Positions 9,333 to 18,689 of a stretch of 55,580 bases of DNA are shown here, in pieces. The notes beneath the pieces were generated by a model. It saw nothing but the letters and a program-made list of their open reading frames with translations. It did no database searches and was not told the origin of the DNA. Source of the stretch: a virus (taxonomy: Duplodnaviria; Caudoviricetes); IMG/VR virus record IMGVR_UViG_3300036884_000126, positions 1 to 55,580 of that record, one strand, 5' to 3'. Positions within the stretch are counted from its first letter, which is position 1; the number at the start of each line of letters is the position of its first letter. The translations under genes and the position numbers were made by a program.

Positions 9333-10474
9333 TGGAAAATAACGATAAGCTCATGCTGTTGCCACCCAAGGAACTCGGGCAGCATCCGATTCAGCAATTA
9401 ACGCGCTGGCGGGAAGAAGCATCGAAACTCTCCGACGTTAAAACGGTGTGCCAGCGCATTGATATGGTCTCGCTGGCGAAAGATTGGGCGGGCAAGTTTG
9501 GACCCGTAAAAGATGAAATCATGCGCCCGGCCTTTGCCGCACGCCTGACGCTCGAGCGCCGCCTGGGGGAGCTGCTGGCGCCGACAATACGACATCAAGG
9601 CGGACGACCCGCTGATGAAACGGTCGTCGGGGACGACCGTTTATTACCCGAAGGCGTAACGAAGGATCTTTCCAGCGCCGCCCAGACTCTCGCGAAGACA
9701 CCGAAGCGCTGGTTCAATAAGCTGATCATCGACATCCTAAGCGGTGAGCGGCGGTTGAACGTGAAGGAGATTTATCTTGAAGCGAGGCGCATCGGGGCGG
9801 GAGCGATGACTATTGAAACGGAGAGTGATGGCGTGATCCTGGGTGATTTCCGCGAAGTAGGGAAAGACATCCCTGACGATTCAGTTGCCCTAATTTTCAC
9901 CGATCCGCCCTATGACCGCGCCAGCTTGCCACTCTACGGTGATGTCGCAAGGCTCGCGGCACGAGTGCTGCTGCCTGGGGGAAGCCTGATCGTGTACGGA
10001 CCCAACTACGCCTTGCCTGAAGTCATGAACCTGTGCGGCGAGCATTTGAGCTACTGGTGGACGTTGGCCTTTCTGCTTCCGGGTGACAACGCTTTGATGC
10101 ATGAGTATGGCGTGCGAGTGGGATGGAAACCGCTCATCTGGTTTACCAAGGGGGGTCGCTTCAATAAGCAGCAACTCTTGTTCGATGTTATCCAAGGCGG
10201 AGCCAAGGAAAAAACCGAGCATGAATGGCAGCAGCAAGTTGGGGCGGCAGAATCGCTAATAAAGTCACTGACGGCTGAAAACGACTTAGTGCTTGACCCG
10301 ATGTGCGGATCAGCGACCACGCTTCTCGCAGCGCGGCGCTGCGGTCGGCGTTATTTGGGAATCGAAGTTAAGACAGAGACGGCAAGTTTGGCGCGTGAGA
10401 GGATGGCAAATCATAAATCTGAACTGGTGGCGCCGGTCCCGGTCCCAGCCTCACCAGAAGGGAGCAGTCGATGA
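9332..10474 (+). CDS. N6-adenine/N4-cytosine DNA methyltransferase with an extra N-terminal helical domain
   Basis: LIFTDPPY catalytic motif precedes the VLDPMCGSATT SAM-binding motif (beta-class order). Confidence 0.9.
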   Translation: MENNDKLMLLPPKELGQHPIQQLTRWREEASKLSDVKTVCQRIDMVSLAKDWAGKFGPVKDEIMRPAFAARLTLERRLGELLAPTIRHQGGRPADETVVGDDRLLPEGVTKDLSSAAQTLAKTPKRWFNKLIIDILSGERRLNVKEIYLEARRIGAGAMTIETESDGVILGDFREVGKDIPDDSVALIFTDPPYDRASLPLYGDVARLAARVLLPGGSLIVYGPNYALPEVMNLCGEHLSYWWTLAFLLPGDNALMHEYGVRVGWKPLIWFTKGGRFNKQQLLFDVIQGGAKEKTEHEWQQQVGAAESLIKSLTAENDLVLDPMCGSATTLLAARRCGRRYLGIEVKTETASLARERMANHKSELVAPVPVPASPEGSSR

Positions 10475-11061
10475 CAGAAAGGGAACAGCAAGCCAAGAAG
10501 CTGACCGAGCAGGCGAAGGAATCCTACAAGCGGATCGGCCGGGAGTGGACGATGCTCGCGGGGATCTTCGCCAAGGTGATCGACGGCAAATTGTGGGACA
10601 TCGAATACGGTTCGTTCGAAGACTGGCTTGACGCGGTCGGGGATAAGAAGGAATCACAAGCCCGCGCGATGGCGAACACCTACCGGGAACTATCCCAAAC
10701 CGTGGCGGAAGAGGTACTGAGCCAGATGACGTTCACGAACGCCTGCGACTTTGCGAAAGTCCCCGCCGCACGCCGGACGGTCGAAATGGAGCTGGGGGCT
10801 GCGGAACTGCCGAACAACCAATACCGGAAGCAACTCAACATGGCCGTGCCGGGGCTGGCGCTGGAAGAGCGAACCTACAAAGGCTTTTTCTTGGAGAAAT
10901 CACAGATGGAGGTCGTGAATCAGGCGCTCTCCCTGTGCCGGGAGCGGGAGAGCCTGGCAACGGACACGGCGGCGCTCGAATACATCTGCTCGCAGTATCT
11001 TATCGGAGAGGGAGCGCTCGTGCCGGCGACTGTCCAGGCGGAAAGCGTGAAAGTGCAATGA
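10471..11061 (+). CDS. Hypothetical protein
   Basis: ATGA overlap; LW..EYGSFEDWL motif. Confidence 0.65.
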   Translation: MTEREQQAKKLTEQAKESYKRIGREWTMLAGIFAKVIDGKLWDIEYGSFEDWLDAVGDKKESQARAMANTYRELSQTVAEEVLSQMTFTNACDFAKVPAARRTVEMELGAAELPNNQYRKQLNMAVPGLALEERTYKGFFLEKSQMEVVNQALSLCRERESLATDTAALEYICSQYLIGEGALVPATVQAESVKVQ

Positions 11062-11288
11062 GCAAAGCAGACGCGGCGATCCGGGCGCTGGACGACGAAA
11101 TCTTCGCGGTCATGATGCGGCATCGCTTTGCCGGAATCAAAGACCAGAGCATGGACCGAGTGTCCTGGTATGCGGAATGTTCCTGCGGGGCTTACATTCT
11201 CTGGCGGTGCATGACGGACACAGGGATTCAAACGCATTTCCGTCACCTTGCGGAGCAGATCGCGATAAGGCTGCGGGAGTTGGGCTGA
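11058..11288 (+). CDS. Hypothetical protein
   Basis: ATGA overlap; CSCG...HFRH possible metal site. Confidence 0.5.
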   Translation: MSKADAAIRALDDEIFAVMMRHRFAGIKDQSMDRVSWYAECSCGAYILWRCMTDTGIQTHFRHLAEQIAIRLRELG

Positions 11289-11305
11289 TAGGGAAAGAAA
11301 AAGTC

Positions 11306-11587
11306 ATGATGACCAGTCATACCGACCAAATTCGAGCGTTGCTGGACGAAGCGCCTTCGACGGCGTATGAGCTGGCGCGCTTGGTCAAGGTGGGCGATCG
11401 GGCAATGCTGACGGCGCTCTGGCGCTTGATGCGGCGCGGCGAGGTGCAACTGACCGGGCGAGTCATGCGCAAGGTGGGGCATGCCAAAGGGCACCAAATC
11501 TATGAACTCACATCGGGGGGGCACGCGGCCCTGCAAGGCCGACAAAAGGGGGAATCTGAAAATGAGCACGCCGATGACGGAAGCTGA
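11306..11587 (+). CDS. Putative winged-helix DNA-binding protein
   Basis: STAYELARLV...ALWRLMRRGEV...YELT wHTH-like pattern. Confidence 0.5.
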   Translation: MMTSHTDQIRALLDEAPSTAYELARLVKVGDRAMLTALWRLMRRGEVQLTGRVMRKVGHAKGHQIYELTSGGHAALQGRQKGESENEHADDGS

Positions 11588-11774
11588 GAAGAAGTGGATT
11601 GACAACGCATCATATCGCGACTTGCTTTACAAGATCCGGTTTGCGCCCGTGGGTGAGCCGATGTTCACAGGGGACACCGGAGAGTATTTCGTCAAGGTGC
11701 AGCGCGAGCGGCGCGCCGCTCCGGGCGGAGACGTGGAGCACGTCCGCGCTTCGAAAGAGATGGGTGGGCGATGA
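11562..11774 (+). CDS. Hypothetical phage protein
   Basis: WIDNASYRDLL..RFAP.G..F.G.TG.YF motif. Confidence 0.6.
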   Translation: MSTPMTEAEKKWIDNASYRDLLYKIRFAPVGEPMFTGDTGEYFVKVQRERRAAPGGDVEHVRASKEMGGR

Positions 11775-12301
11775 AGCCGCGCTGTCACAACCGGGCCATG
11801 CGGATGATCCCGGGCTTCGGATTTATCTGTAAAGTCCCAGGATGTACGACGCATATCCGGGCGGACGCTCCCCATCTGATGCGCCAGCCGATGGCACGGC
11901 AGGGGAAGTCAAAGCCCTCACACGTGACGAAAGGGGGGCGAGTGATCCTGTCACGGCATCATTATGTGGGGCTCTGCTATGAGATTTGGATTGATACGGG
12001 GAAGCAATGCTCGAAGTGCGGGCGGTCACTCCCGGTATTTTCAACCGAGCTGTTCGATCACATCATCAAGCGCTCTCAGGGCGGCGGGGACACGCGGGAG
12101 AATCTGCGGCCGCTCTGCGGGCGCTGCCATGACGTGGAAGACAATCAAGGCGGGAAATTATCGAGAAAGCAGCAAATCCAAAAAGAGAGGGAAACACAAC
12201 ATGGACACACCAGCAACAAAAGAGCCGGGGGCGGAGAAGATTCCGGCAGACATGATCGTCCAAAACCTGTTACTGACGAGCCTTCTGTCGTCACCCTTTA
12301 A
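11771..12301 (+). CDS. HNH endonuclease
   Basis: CSKC...DHIIKRSQGGGDTRENLRPLCGRCH. Confidence 0.8.
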   Translation: MKPRCHNRAMRMIPGFGFICKVPGCTTHIRADAPHLMRQPMARQGKSKPSHVTKGGRVILSRHHYVGLCYEIWIDTGKQCSKCGRSLPVFSTELFDHIIKRSQGGGDTRENLRPLCGRCHDVEDNQGGKLSRKQQIQKERETQHGHTSNKRAGGGEDSGRHDRPKPVTDEPSVVTL

Positions 12302-14132
12302 CCCTCGGGGGAAGTACAGCCGGGACCCCGAAAAACTGAAAGAGCTGGCCGCCGACATCAAGATGCACGGTGTTCAGCAGGCAATCCTAGTCCGGCCGGA
12401 TGGGGCCGGGAAGTACGAGATCGTCTTTGGAACGCGCCGCGTGGAAGCGAGCAAGATTGCCGGGAAAGAGACGGTCCCGGCCGTCGTACGCGAGCTTTCA
12501 GCCGAAGAAGCGATGACGCTCGCGATGGTTGAAAACTTGCAACGGACGGACATTCATTTCATGGAGGAAGCCGCGGGCTTCAAGAAACTTCTGAGCGGAG
12601 GCGTCACTCCGAAGGTCGTTGGGGAAATGGTCGGCAAGCCGGAAGTGTACGTGCACCTCCGCATGGCACTGAACAACCTGAACCCAAAATGGATGGCAGA
12701 AGCCTACCATGGAGAGCTGCTCCTGGGGCCTGCGCTCCATCTTGCGCGCCTGCCTGTGGGAGCGCAATGGACCGTCTGGAAAGAGTTCGCTCAGTATGGG
12801 AGAACAGAGGAGGGTCATTACAGCGCGGTATCCCTCCAGCGCTTCATCGAGCGGCACGTGATGACCGTGCTTACCGCCACGCCATTTCCGACGGACTCGG
12901 CGGATTTGGTTCCGGCTGCTGGCTCATGCACAGCCTGCCCGAAACGATCCGGGGCCAGCCCGATGCTCTTTGCGGACATCAAAGAGACGGATACCTGCAC
13001 GGATGCGGAGTGCTATGGAAGCAAGTGCCGGGCTTATCTCGTGCTTCGCAAGAAGGAGCTGCCGGACGCTGTTGAGATTGCCTCGACAGAGGGGCTTGAC
13101 TATTCCGACAGGGATCAGCTCTCCAAGAAGAAAGTAACGCTGCCGCGCCGGAAATATGAAAAGGGTGGGTGGACCGAGAGCCTGAAGGATTCCTGCGAGC
13201 ACACGAAACAGGGGCTCATCGTCGCCGGGGTGGGCCTGGGGAAGATTAAGTATGTCTGCGCGGTGGAAGACTGCAAGGTGCATGGCGCCCGGCGCTCCGC
13301 GGGTAGCCATGTCGTGAAGCGGGTTCCTGGCATGATGAATGAAGAGCGGAAGAAGCAGGTTGAGGTGCTCTGGCAGCGGAGGACAGACGGGGCGATCCGT
13401 CTTGCCGTCCATGCGGCCGTACGCGCGGTGCAGGCCAAGGCCACCTTTACAAGCATCCCGCTGGAGGCGTTCCGGTTCATCGTCAAGGAATGCGCCTATG
13501 CGCTGCAGCCGATGCAGGATGGAGTGAAGTACTTCGAAGGCTTATGGCCGCTACCCAAGGGCGCTAAGGCGTCGAACGACTATTGCTCGGATCATCTGGA
13601 TAAACTGATTCATAGCGCGCCGGACCGCGCCACACTGCTGAAAATCCTGGGTGATCTAACCGTGGCTCAAGACGTGGCTGGAAAGTTCTCGGGTGGAGAG
13701 AAGGTTGAAGAGCTGGCGAAGGCTTATCTGGTTCAGATAAAGAAGGTCTCGGCGCCAGTTGAGAAAGAATGGAACGAGAAGAAGCGGGTCAGCTACGAGA
13801 AGCGCGACAAGCGGCTGGCCGGAGAGCGGGCCAGCGCGAAGAAAAAGGCAGGGGCCGGGAAGAAAGAGAAAGTCAAAGTGGACCCGAAGATGTGGGACGC
13901 GACCAAGGCCAAGCTGAAGGAGCAGGCCGAGCATCTGGCCGCAGACCAGGAGAAGACTAAGGCTCGCACCATTGGCAATATGTGCCGCTATTGTGGCTGT
14001 GTGGACGACCGATGCTGTCTGATTGATGGCGTGCCGTGCTCCTGGATCGTGAAGCCGAAGAAGGTTAAGGGCGAGATCATCGCCGGAGTCTGTTCGAACC
14101 CGGAGTGTATCACGAAATACAATGCCGTCTGA
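12201..14132 (+). CDS. ParB/RepB/Spo0J family protein with Cys-rich extensions
   Basis: SPFNPR, GVQQAILVRP, YEIVFGTRR, ENLQRTD; later C-xx-C-P-KRS and C..C clusters. Confidence 0.88.
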   Translation: MDTPATKEPGAEKIPADMIVQNLLLTSLLSSPFNPRGKYSRDPEKLKELAADIKMHGVQQAILVRPDGAGKYEIVFGTRRVEASKIAGKETVPAVVRELSAEEAMTLAMVENLQRTDIHFMEEAAGFKKLLSGGVTPKVVGEMVGKPEVYVHLRMALNNLNPKWMAEAYHGELLLGPALHLARLPVGAQWTVWKEFAQYGRTEEGHYSAVSLQRFIERHVMTVLTATPFPTDSADLVPAAGSCTACPKRSGASPMLFADIKETDTCTDAECYGSKCRAYLVLRKKELPDAVEIASTEGLDYSDRDQLSKKKVTLPRRKYEKGGWTESLKDSCEHTKQGLIVAGVGLGKIKYVCAVEDCKVHGARRSAGSHVVKRVPGMMNEERKKQVEVLWQRRTDGAIRLAVHAAVRAVQAKATFTSIPLEAFRFIVKECAYALQPMQDGVKYFEGLWPLPKGAKASNDYCSDHLDKLIHSAPDRATLLKILGDLTVAQDVAGKFSGGEKVEELAKAYLVQIKKVSAPVEKEWNEKKRVSYEKRDKRLAGERASAKKKAGAGKKEKVKVDPKMWDATKAKLKEQAEHLAADQEKTKARTIGNMCRYCGCVDDRCCLIDGVPCSWIVKPKKVKGEIIAGVCSNPECITKYNAV

Positions 14133-14376
14133 AATGGGAATACCGGTTGAAATCCCGAACAGGAACGGGCGCGCCTGCCCTAAGTGTAGCCATGCCGGTG
14201 GCCATCATCTGATGGGCATCGGCTGCACCGTTGTGATTGCGTGGGAGCGTGAAGATCAAACAAACGCCTTTGGCCAGATCATGCTGCCGCTCGATCTGGT
14301 CAAGGCGGAGGAGGACGGGGAGCCGGTCATCCCCGTCCTCTGCCCATGTGAGCGATACGATGAGGGGGCTCGATGA
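14122..14376 (+). CDS. Small Cys/His-rich hypothetical protein
   Basis: CPKCSH...CPC. Confidence 0.5.
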   Translation: MPSEMGIPVEIPNRNGRACPKCSHAGGHHLMGIGCTVVIAWEREDQTNAFGQIMLPLDLVKAEEDGEPVIPVLCPCERYDEGAR

Positions 14377-14903
14377 CGAAGAGAAAGCCACTGCCGATGA
14401 TGAAACATCTGACCTGGCTTGTTAAGACGCTCCTGCGGGCCTACCCTGACAAGGTGTTCGTCCTGGGAATCATCGGGGAGTTTGCTCGACTGATCCGCAA
14501 GCGGCGCAGCGAGAAGCGCGGGGCATCGAACACAACCTGCATATCCTGCGGAGGATGGATTTCAAAAGAGCGGGAAGTCTTGCGGCAGCATACATGCTCA
14601 GTGCAGTGCCAGGATTGGTACAGGAGATTGACCCGGGCAATTGATGCTGCGAAGTACTGCCGATATTGCGGACATGGATATCCAAAGGAACGTCAGAAAT
14701 CGGTCACGACGCGCCGGCCAGCCCGGGGACGGGGAAGGAGACAGGCAACCGACAGGGACGCAATTAACAGGCGTGGCGCGGCGCGCCAAGGATACCGTAT
14801 TCACCGACCGACCATCACATCAGGCACTTTGTTGCCCCTGATTCCCAACAAGCGCGAGGGCGTGGACCGGGAGGCCGTTGCGGAGGCGATTGAAAAGGCT
14901 TAG
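14373..14903 (+). CDS. Zn-finger-containing hypothetical protein
   Basis: CISC...CSVQC...CRYC. Confidence 0.55.
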   Translation: MTKRKPLPMMKHLTWLVKTLLRAYPDKVFVLGIIGEFARLIRKRRSEKRGASNTTCISCGGWISKEREVLRQHTCSVQCQDWYRRLTRAIDAAKYCRYCGHGYPKERQKSVTTRRPARGRGRRQATDRDAINRRGAARQGYRIHRPTITSGTLLPLIPNKREGVDREAVAEAIEKA

Positions 14904-15099
14904 CATGTTATCTAGTTTAGAAACAGTTTGGTATTGCCGCCGAGCCGCTCAGAGAGCGGGTGCAATTCGGGCCATGAAACGTAATCATGGGTTGCCGTGA
15001 TTTATGGAGTCTTCGGCAATAACGCATTCTCCAGGGCAGCGATGCCCACGGCGGCATCAAGACGTCAGGATGTTAAGCTCATCAGAAAGGACAGAAGCG

Positions 15100-15303
15100 A
15101 TGGCAAAGATTACGAACCAAGCTCAAAAACCAGTCCCCCTGCTTGAAGCGATCTGGTTAGAAGTATCTTGCTTGTCAAATATTCCAGCCAATGAGCAGAG
15201 CCTTGGGATTATGCAAGGTGCAATCCAAAGCATTTTAGAAAAGCTGGTCATTGAGCTGGAATACATCGAGCGCCGATTGGAAGGCTTTGAGAAGAGACCT
15301 TGA
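15100..15303 (+). CDS. Hypothetical protein
   Basis: AAAGGA SD before ATG 15100. Confidence 0.45.
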   Translation: MAKITNQAQKPVPLLEAIWLEVSCLSNIPANEQSLGIMQGAIQSILEKLVIELEYIERRLEGFEKRP

Positions 15304-15343
15304 GTTACACCGCGAAGGCTGCCGCTGCGAAGGAGCCCAATCC

Positions 15344-15583
15344 ATGAACTCCCCTGAGTGTATAGGATGCGGAGTGGAGCACCGGAAAGATTGCCCCGCG
15401 TCGACCACCAGCTTGGCACAGCAGGGCTTGCGCATACTCATTGCTGCGGGGTGCATGAAAAGTAAGGTTGCTCCGTCCGACTCTAAGAAGGAAACGGGCT
15501 GGTGGTGTTGCTCTGCGGAATTCGGTGAGCATGAACCGACCTGCAAAAACTTCGTGAACCGCCTAAGTGAGGAGAGGAAATGA
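15344..15583 (+). CDS. Small Cys-rich hypothetical protein
   Basis: AAGGAG SD; repeated C...EH...C motifs. Confidence 0.5.
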   Translation: MNSPECIGCGVEHRKDCPASTTSLAQQGLRILIAAGCMKSKVAPSDSKKETGWWCCSAEFGEHEPTCKNFVNRLSEERK

Positions 15584-15608
15584 CAGTGACGCGGAAAAGG
15601 AGCAGAGA

Positions 15609-16118
15609 ATGACGCCGGAAAACGCTTTGAAATGGGCAACGTTATTTCATGAAACTTACGAGGCAAATGCTCCGCGTTTTGGCTATGAAACCTGGCGCAA
15701 CTCGCGCCGCTTTGACCCGGATTCTAATAACGGCAAACTCATGCTACTTGTTTGTTCAAAAGTCGTAGAGGTGGCCCAGGCCGAGAACGCTGCCCTACGC
15801 GAGCGGGCGGAGGAGACCCGGGCGAGGATGACCACTGCTTTTCGTAACGTCTGTCAAGAATACAAAGACCTGATTACATTTCATGGTGGGGATCCAAAGC
15901 AGGATGCCACGCTTATCAGCGCAGGGTTGGTGCTTCAGGATAACCCCAGTCCTCACCTGCTCGTTAATCTGGTGGCGGCAAAGATGCTGAAAGACGCAGC
16001 CCTTGCCTGCATTGATGTAGAAGCAGAAAGCATAAAACTCTCTGGACTCAAGGCGTTATGTGAAGCTCTCGCGTTCTACAAAGCCCTGGGTGAGAAGGAG
16101 AAGAGTTCACGCCCGTGA
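15609..16118 (+). CDS. Hypothetical phage protein
   Basis: AAGGAG SD; FHETYE..AP.FGYET motif. Confidence 0.6.
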   Translation: MTPENALKWATLFHETYEANAPRFGYETWRNSRRFDPDSNNGKLMLLVCSKVVEVAQAENAALRERAEETRARMTTAFRNVCQEYKDLITFHGGDPKQDATLISAGLVLQDNPSPHLLVNLVAAKMLKDAALACIDVEAESIKLSGLKALCEALAFYKALGEKEKSSRP

Positions 16119-16119
16119 A

Positions 16120-16257
16120 GACTTTCACTCTGCCCGTCCGCCCACCAACGCGACAAGAGAGCGTCAGGAGGGTTGGAGTAGTAGTGCAAGTCACATGGGC
16201 AAGTTCGCTCGCCAGGAGTTGAGACTTGGCGGGCGGACGGATGGAGTGAATGCAGTC
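16120..16257 (+). other. Long intergenic stem-loop (candidate structured RNA)
   Basis: TTCACTCTGCCCGTCCGCCC (16124-16143) pairs with GGGCGGACGGATGGAGTGAA (16231-16250). Confidence 0.5.
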
Positions 16258-16284
16258 CAATAAACTGGGATGGAGGCTACGCCA

Positions 16285-16413
16285 ATGTGGGCATTCGGAT
16301 TCATCAGCGGCTTCGTTATCTGCGCAGTGCTGGTCGGCGCTGTCGCATGGTACAGGAACAAGTTCCCCGACCAGGCGAAGATCAAGAAGCTCACTGACGA
16401 TTTGAAAAAGTGA
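16285..16413 (+). CDS. Small membrane protein, 42 aa (not in the ORF track)
   Basis: GGAGG SD at 16272; MWAFGFISGFVICAVLVGAVAWYRNKFPDQAKIKKLTDDLKK has one TM helix and a basic tail. Confidence 0.6.
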   Translation: MWAFGFISGFVICAVLVGAVAWYRNKFPDQAKIKKLTDDLKK

Positions 16414-16419
16414 GATTGC

Positions 16420-16493
16420 GGGTGCGGCGCGGTTTTCCCGCTTTGAGGGAGTGGACACCTTCATTGCGGACTCCTCCCGCGCTGCGCCCACCA
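16420..16493 (+). other. tRNA-sized structured element ending in ACCA (not a canonical tRNA)
   Basis: GGGTGCG/TGCGCCC terminal stem plus ACCA, 74 nt; lacks the T-loop TTC and D-loop GG consensus. Confidence 0.3.
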
Positions 16494-16538
16494 AAATATG
16501 AGAATACTTTTCTGAGAAGCTTTGAAAGGGGGAGTGAA

Positions 16539-16721
16539 ATGAAAATCAGAATCAAGGGCAACATCGACTTTTACACAAAGCCAGGTCCGGTTTTGGAGCA
16601 ATTTGTTGTGGACCTAACGATTGAAGGCCCTGACGGCTTGGGGCGGCTACTGAACGCCTGCGCGAGCTTGGCAGAGCGGGCCAACGCCAGCGAGGAAGCA
16701 GCGGAGAGGAAAAAGGGGTGA
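16539..16721 (+). CDS. Hypothetical protein
   Basis: GGGGAG SD before ATG. Confidence 0.5.
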   Translation: MKIRIKGNIDFYTKPGPVLEQFVVDLTIEGPDGLGRLLNACASLAERANASEEAAERKKG

Positions 16722-17113
16722 ACAAACCATCAAGTAAGTACAAGGAATGGATCTTGCCGACGATTGGCATCCTGTCGTTGGGCTACACGTTCGGGATAGA
16801 CGCCTGCCGCGAGCACAACGTCAGGGTGACGACCACGGCAGCCGACCAAGCAACCATCCTACAGCTTCAGAAAGATTTGGAGACTGTGAAGGCGAAGCAG
16901 GAGAGCAGTTTTGTGCCTCGCGCTGAATTCGACCGGGCGATCAATGATCTGCACGACGAGATGAAGCGCTCCGCGATCATGAACGCGCTCGCCATGAACA
17001 GGCAGACCAAGTCGCGGGGGCTCGCCGAACCGTATCCAGGGGCGCCTGCCTCTTCTTCTGCCGAACCGGGCATGAAGCCGAAGCCTGAAGGTCATTCAGC
17101 ACTGACGAAATAA
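16718..17113 (+). CDS. Membrane-anchored coiled-coil protein
   Basis: N-terminal hydrophobic segment followed by coiled coil; GTGA overlap. Confidence 0.55.
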   Translation: MNKPSSKYKEWILPTIGILSLGYTFGIDACREHNVRVTTTAADQATILQLQKDLETVKAKQESSFVPRAEFDRAINDLHDEMKRSAIMNALAMNRQTKSRGLAEPYPGAPASSSAEPGMKPKPEGHSALTK

Positions 17114-17249
17114 AATCAGCCGGGGAACTGTCGGTGGGCCACGCGAAAAGAACAAGTGGGTAATCGTAGGCTCTATAGGGCGATTGAGAATTTCAGCGAC
17201 GAGATCTTGCTTTTTGAAATTCGTCGTGGCGGGCTGTTAGGAGGGATCA

Positions 17250-17969
17250 ATGCTTGAACCAATCCAGAGTTTGTGGTGGGGCAGGTTATCCGTAATGGAG
17301 CGGCTGTGCGCCGCGTCTTACATCGCCAACGGACACAGGTTTCACCTTTACACCTACGGCGCGCGCGAGAATGTGCCGGAGGGAGTCATCTTGAAGGACG
17401 GCAATGAAATCGTGCCGGAAACTGACCAGCCGAAGTTCCGGTACTTGGCGCACTTCGCGGACTGGTTCCGATACAATCTGCTGGTGAAGCGCGGCGGATG
17501 GTGGGTTGACATGGACACGGTGTGTCTGCGCCCATTCGATGCCTGGGGCCCACTCGAACACGTAATTCCGCAACAAGATGATCGAGCTGGCGGCTTCGCC
17601 GTGAACAATGCCTACCTCAAGGCTCCGGCGGCATCCCCTGTGATGGTGTGGCTGGTTCGCCGTGCGCTGGCCGTTGACCGCCATAATATGGCGTGGGAGG
17701 CGACGGCGAACACGATTTGTCTTCAGGCCGTCGCGAAGTTCGGAATCCCGGCTCAGGTATCGGCTTCCTTCAATCCTATTCCGTGGTGGGAATGGAAGTC
17801 GCTAACAGATCATCCCGAGCCGCCATCTCTTCCGGCGGCGTCATACGCTGTGCACTTATGGCATGCCATGTGGCGCCAGTCGGGGAAGGACCCGGATATG
17901 CCGTATGAGCCGGAATGCCTCTATGAGCAACTGAAGCGGCGGTACGCTGCCGTGATGGGTGTGAAATGA
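17250..17969 (+). CDS. DXD glycosyltransferase (GT32/alpha-1,4-GT-like)
   Basis: IQSLW.G, FADWFRY.LL...GGWWVDMD, YAVHLW; AGGAGG SD. Confidence 0.85.
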   Translation: MLEPIQSLWWGRLSVMERLCAASYIANGHRFHLYTYGARENVPEGVILKDGNEIVPETDQPKFRYLAHFADWFRYNLLVKRGGWWVDMDTVCLRPFDAWGPLEHVIPQQDDRAGGFAVNNAYLKAPAASPVMVWLVRRALAVDRHNMAWEATANTICLQAVAKFGIPAQVSASFNPIPWWEWKSLTDHPEPPSLPAASYAVHLWHAMWRQSGKDPDMPYEPECLYEQLKRRYAAVMGVK

Positions 17970-17984
17970 TGCGGAGGCGATGTT

Positions 17985-18200
17985 ATGTTTCCGGTTATAT
18001 CTGAAATTGATGTAAACCAATTTGTTCTCCGACTAACTCGCGCACAGAGAAAGCGGAAACTCCTAGCCTCCCTCTCGCGCGCCTTGATGGGCAGCTTGGT
18101 CATCGCAGGGTTCATCATGGCAGTGCTAGGATTCCTTGTAACAGGGTGGCTGGTGGGCTATTCGATTATATGGTTGTATCGTTGCCTTGGAGGCTCCTGA
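17985..18200 (+). CDS. Small membrane protein
   Basis: GGAGG SD; C-terminal hydrophobic segment. Confidence 0.5.
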   Translation: MFPVISEIDVNQFVLRLTRAQRKRKLLASLSRALMGSLVIAGFIMAVLGFLVTGWLVGYSIIWLYRCLGGS

Positions 18201-18685
18201 TGACGGCGCCGCTTCAATTCGATCTCCCCGGATTTACAACGAAGGGCCAGAAGCTCTTCCGCAAGCGCTCGCAGCAATTGATTGGAAGTCTCAATCAGCG
18301 CATGAAGAAGAAGGGCTTCAAAGGCTCTCTACCGCTCGCGGACGGCCGCGCTGCACTGGCAAAGGGAGTGGGGAAACCCTGCCGCTACTGCCGGGAGATC
18401 ATCAAGATTTCCACGATGAGCCCGGACCATCCGACGCCGCTTGTGCGAGGGGGCGAGCCGTGGGACATTGAATGCATCGACATCAGCTGCAACCGGGAGA
18501 AGGGGGAGCTAACGGCGGAGGAATACGTCTGCTTCCGGGCGCACGTTTTGACCTACACTCCTGAGGCCCAGGAGTACATCCACCGGATGATGAAGGCTGG
18601 GGGATCGTTTTTCAGGATGCGAGCCCGGATGGACGGCATGGAAGCGCGAGAGCGCAAGGAGAAAGCGGCCGCTGCGCGGGCATGA
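18200..18685 (+). CDS. HNH-like nuclease
   Basis: CRYC...DHPTPLVRGG...SCNREKG. Confidence 0.7.
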   Translation: MTAPLQFDLPGFTTKGQKLFRKRSQQLIGSLNQRMKKKGFKGSLPLADGRAALAKGVGKPCRYCREIIKISTMSPDHPTPLVRGGEPWDIECIDISCNREKGELTAEEYVCFRAHVLTYTPEAQEYIHRMMKAGGSFFRMRARMDGMEARERKEKAAAARA

Positions 18686-18689
18686 TGAC

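Noticed and set aside
16420-16493. Canonical tRNA gene
   Set aside because: Lacks the T-loop and D-loop consensus and a standard 7-nt anticodon loop; kept only as a tRNA-like finding
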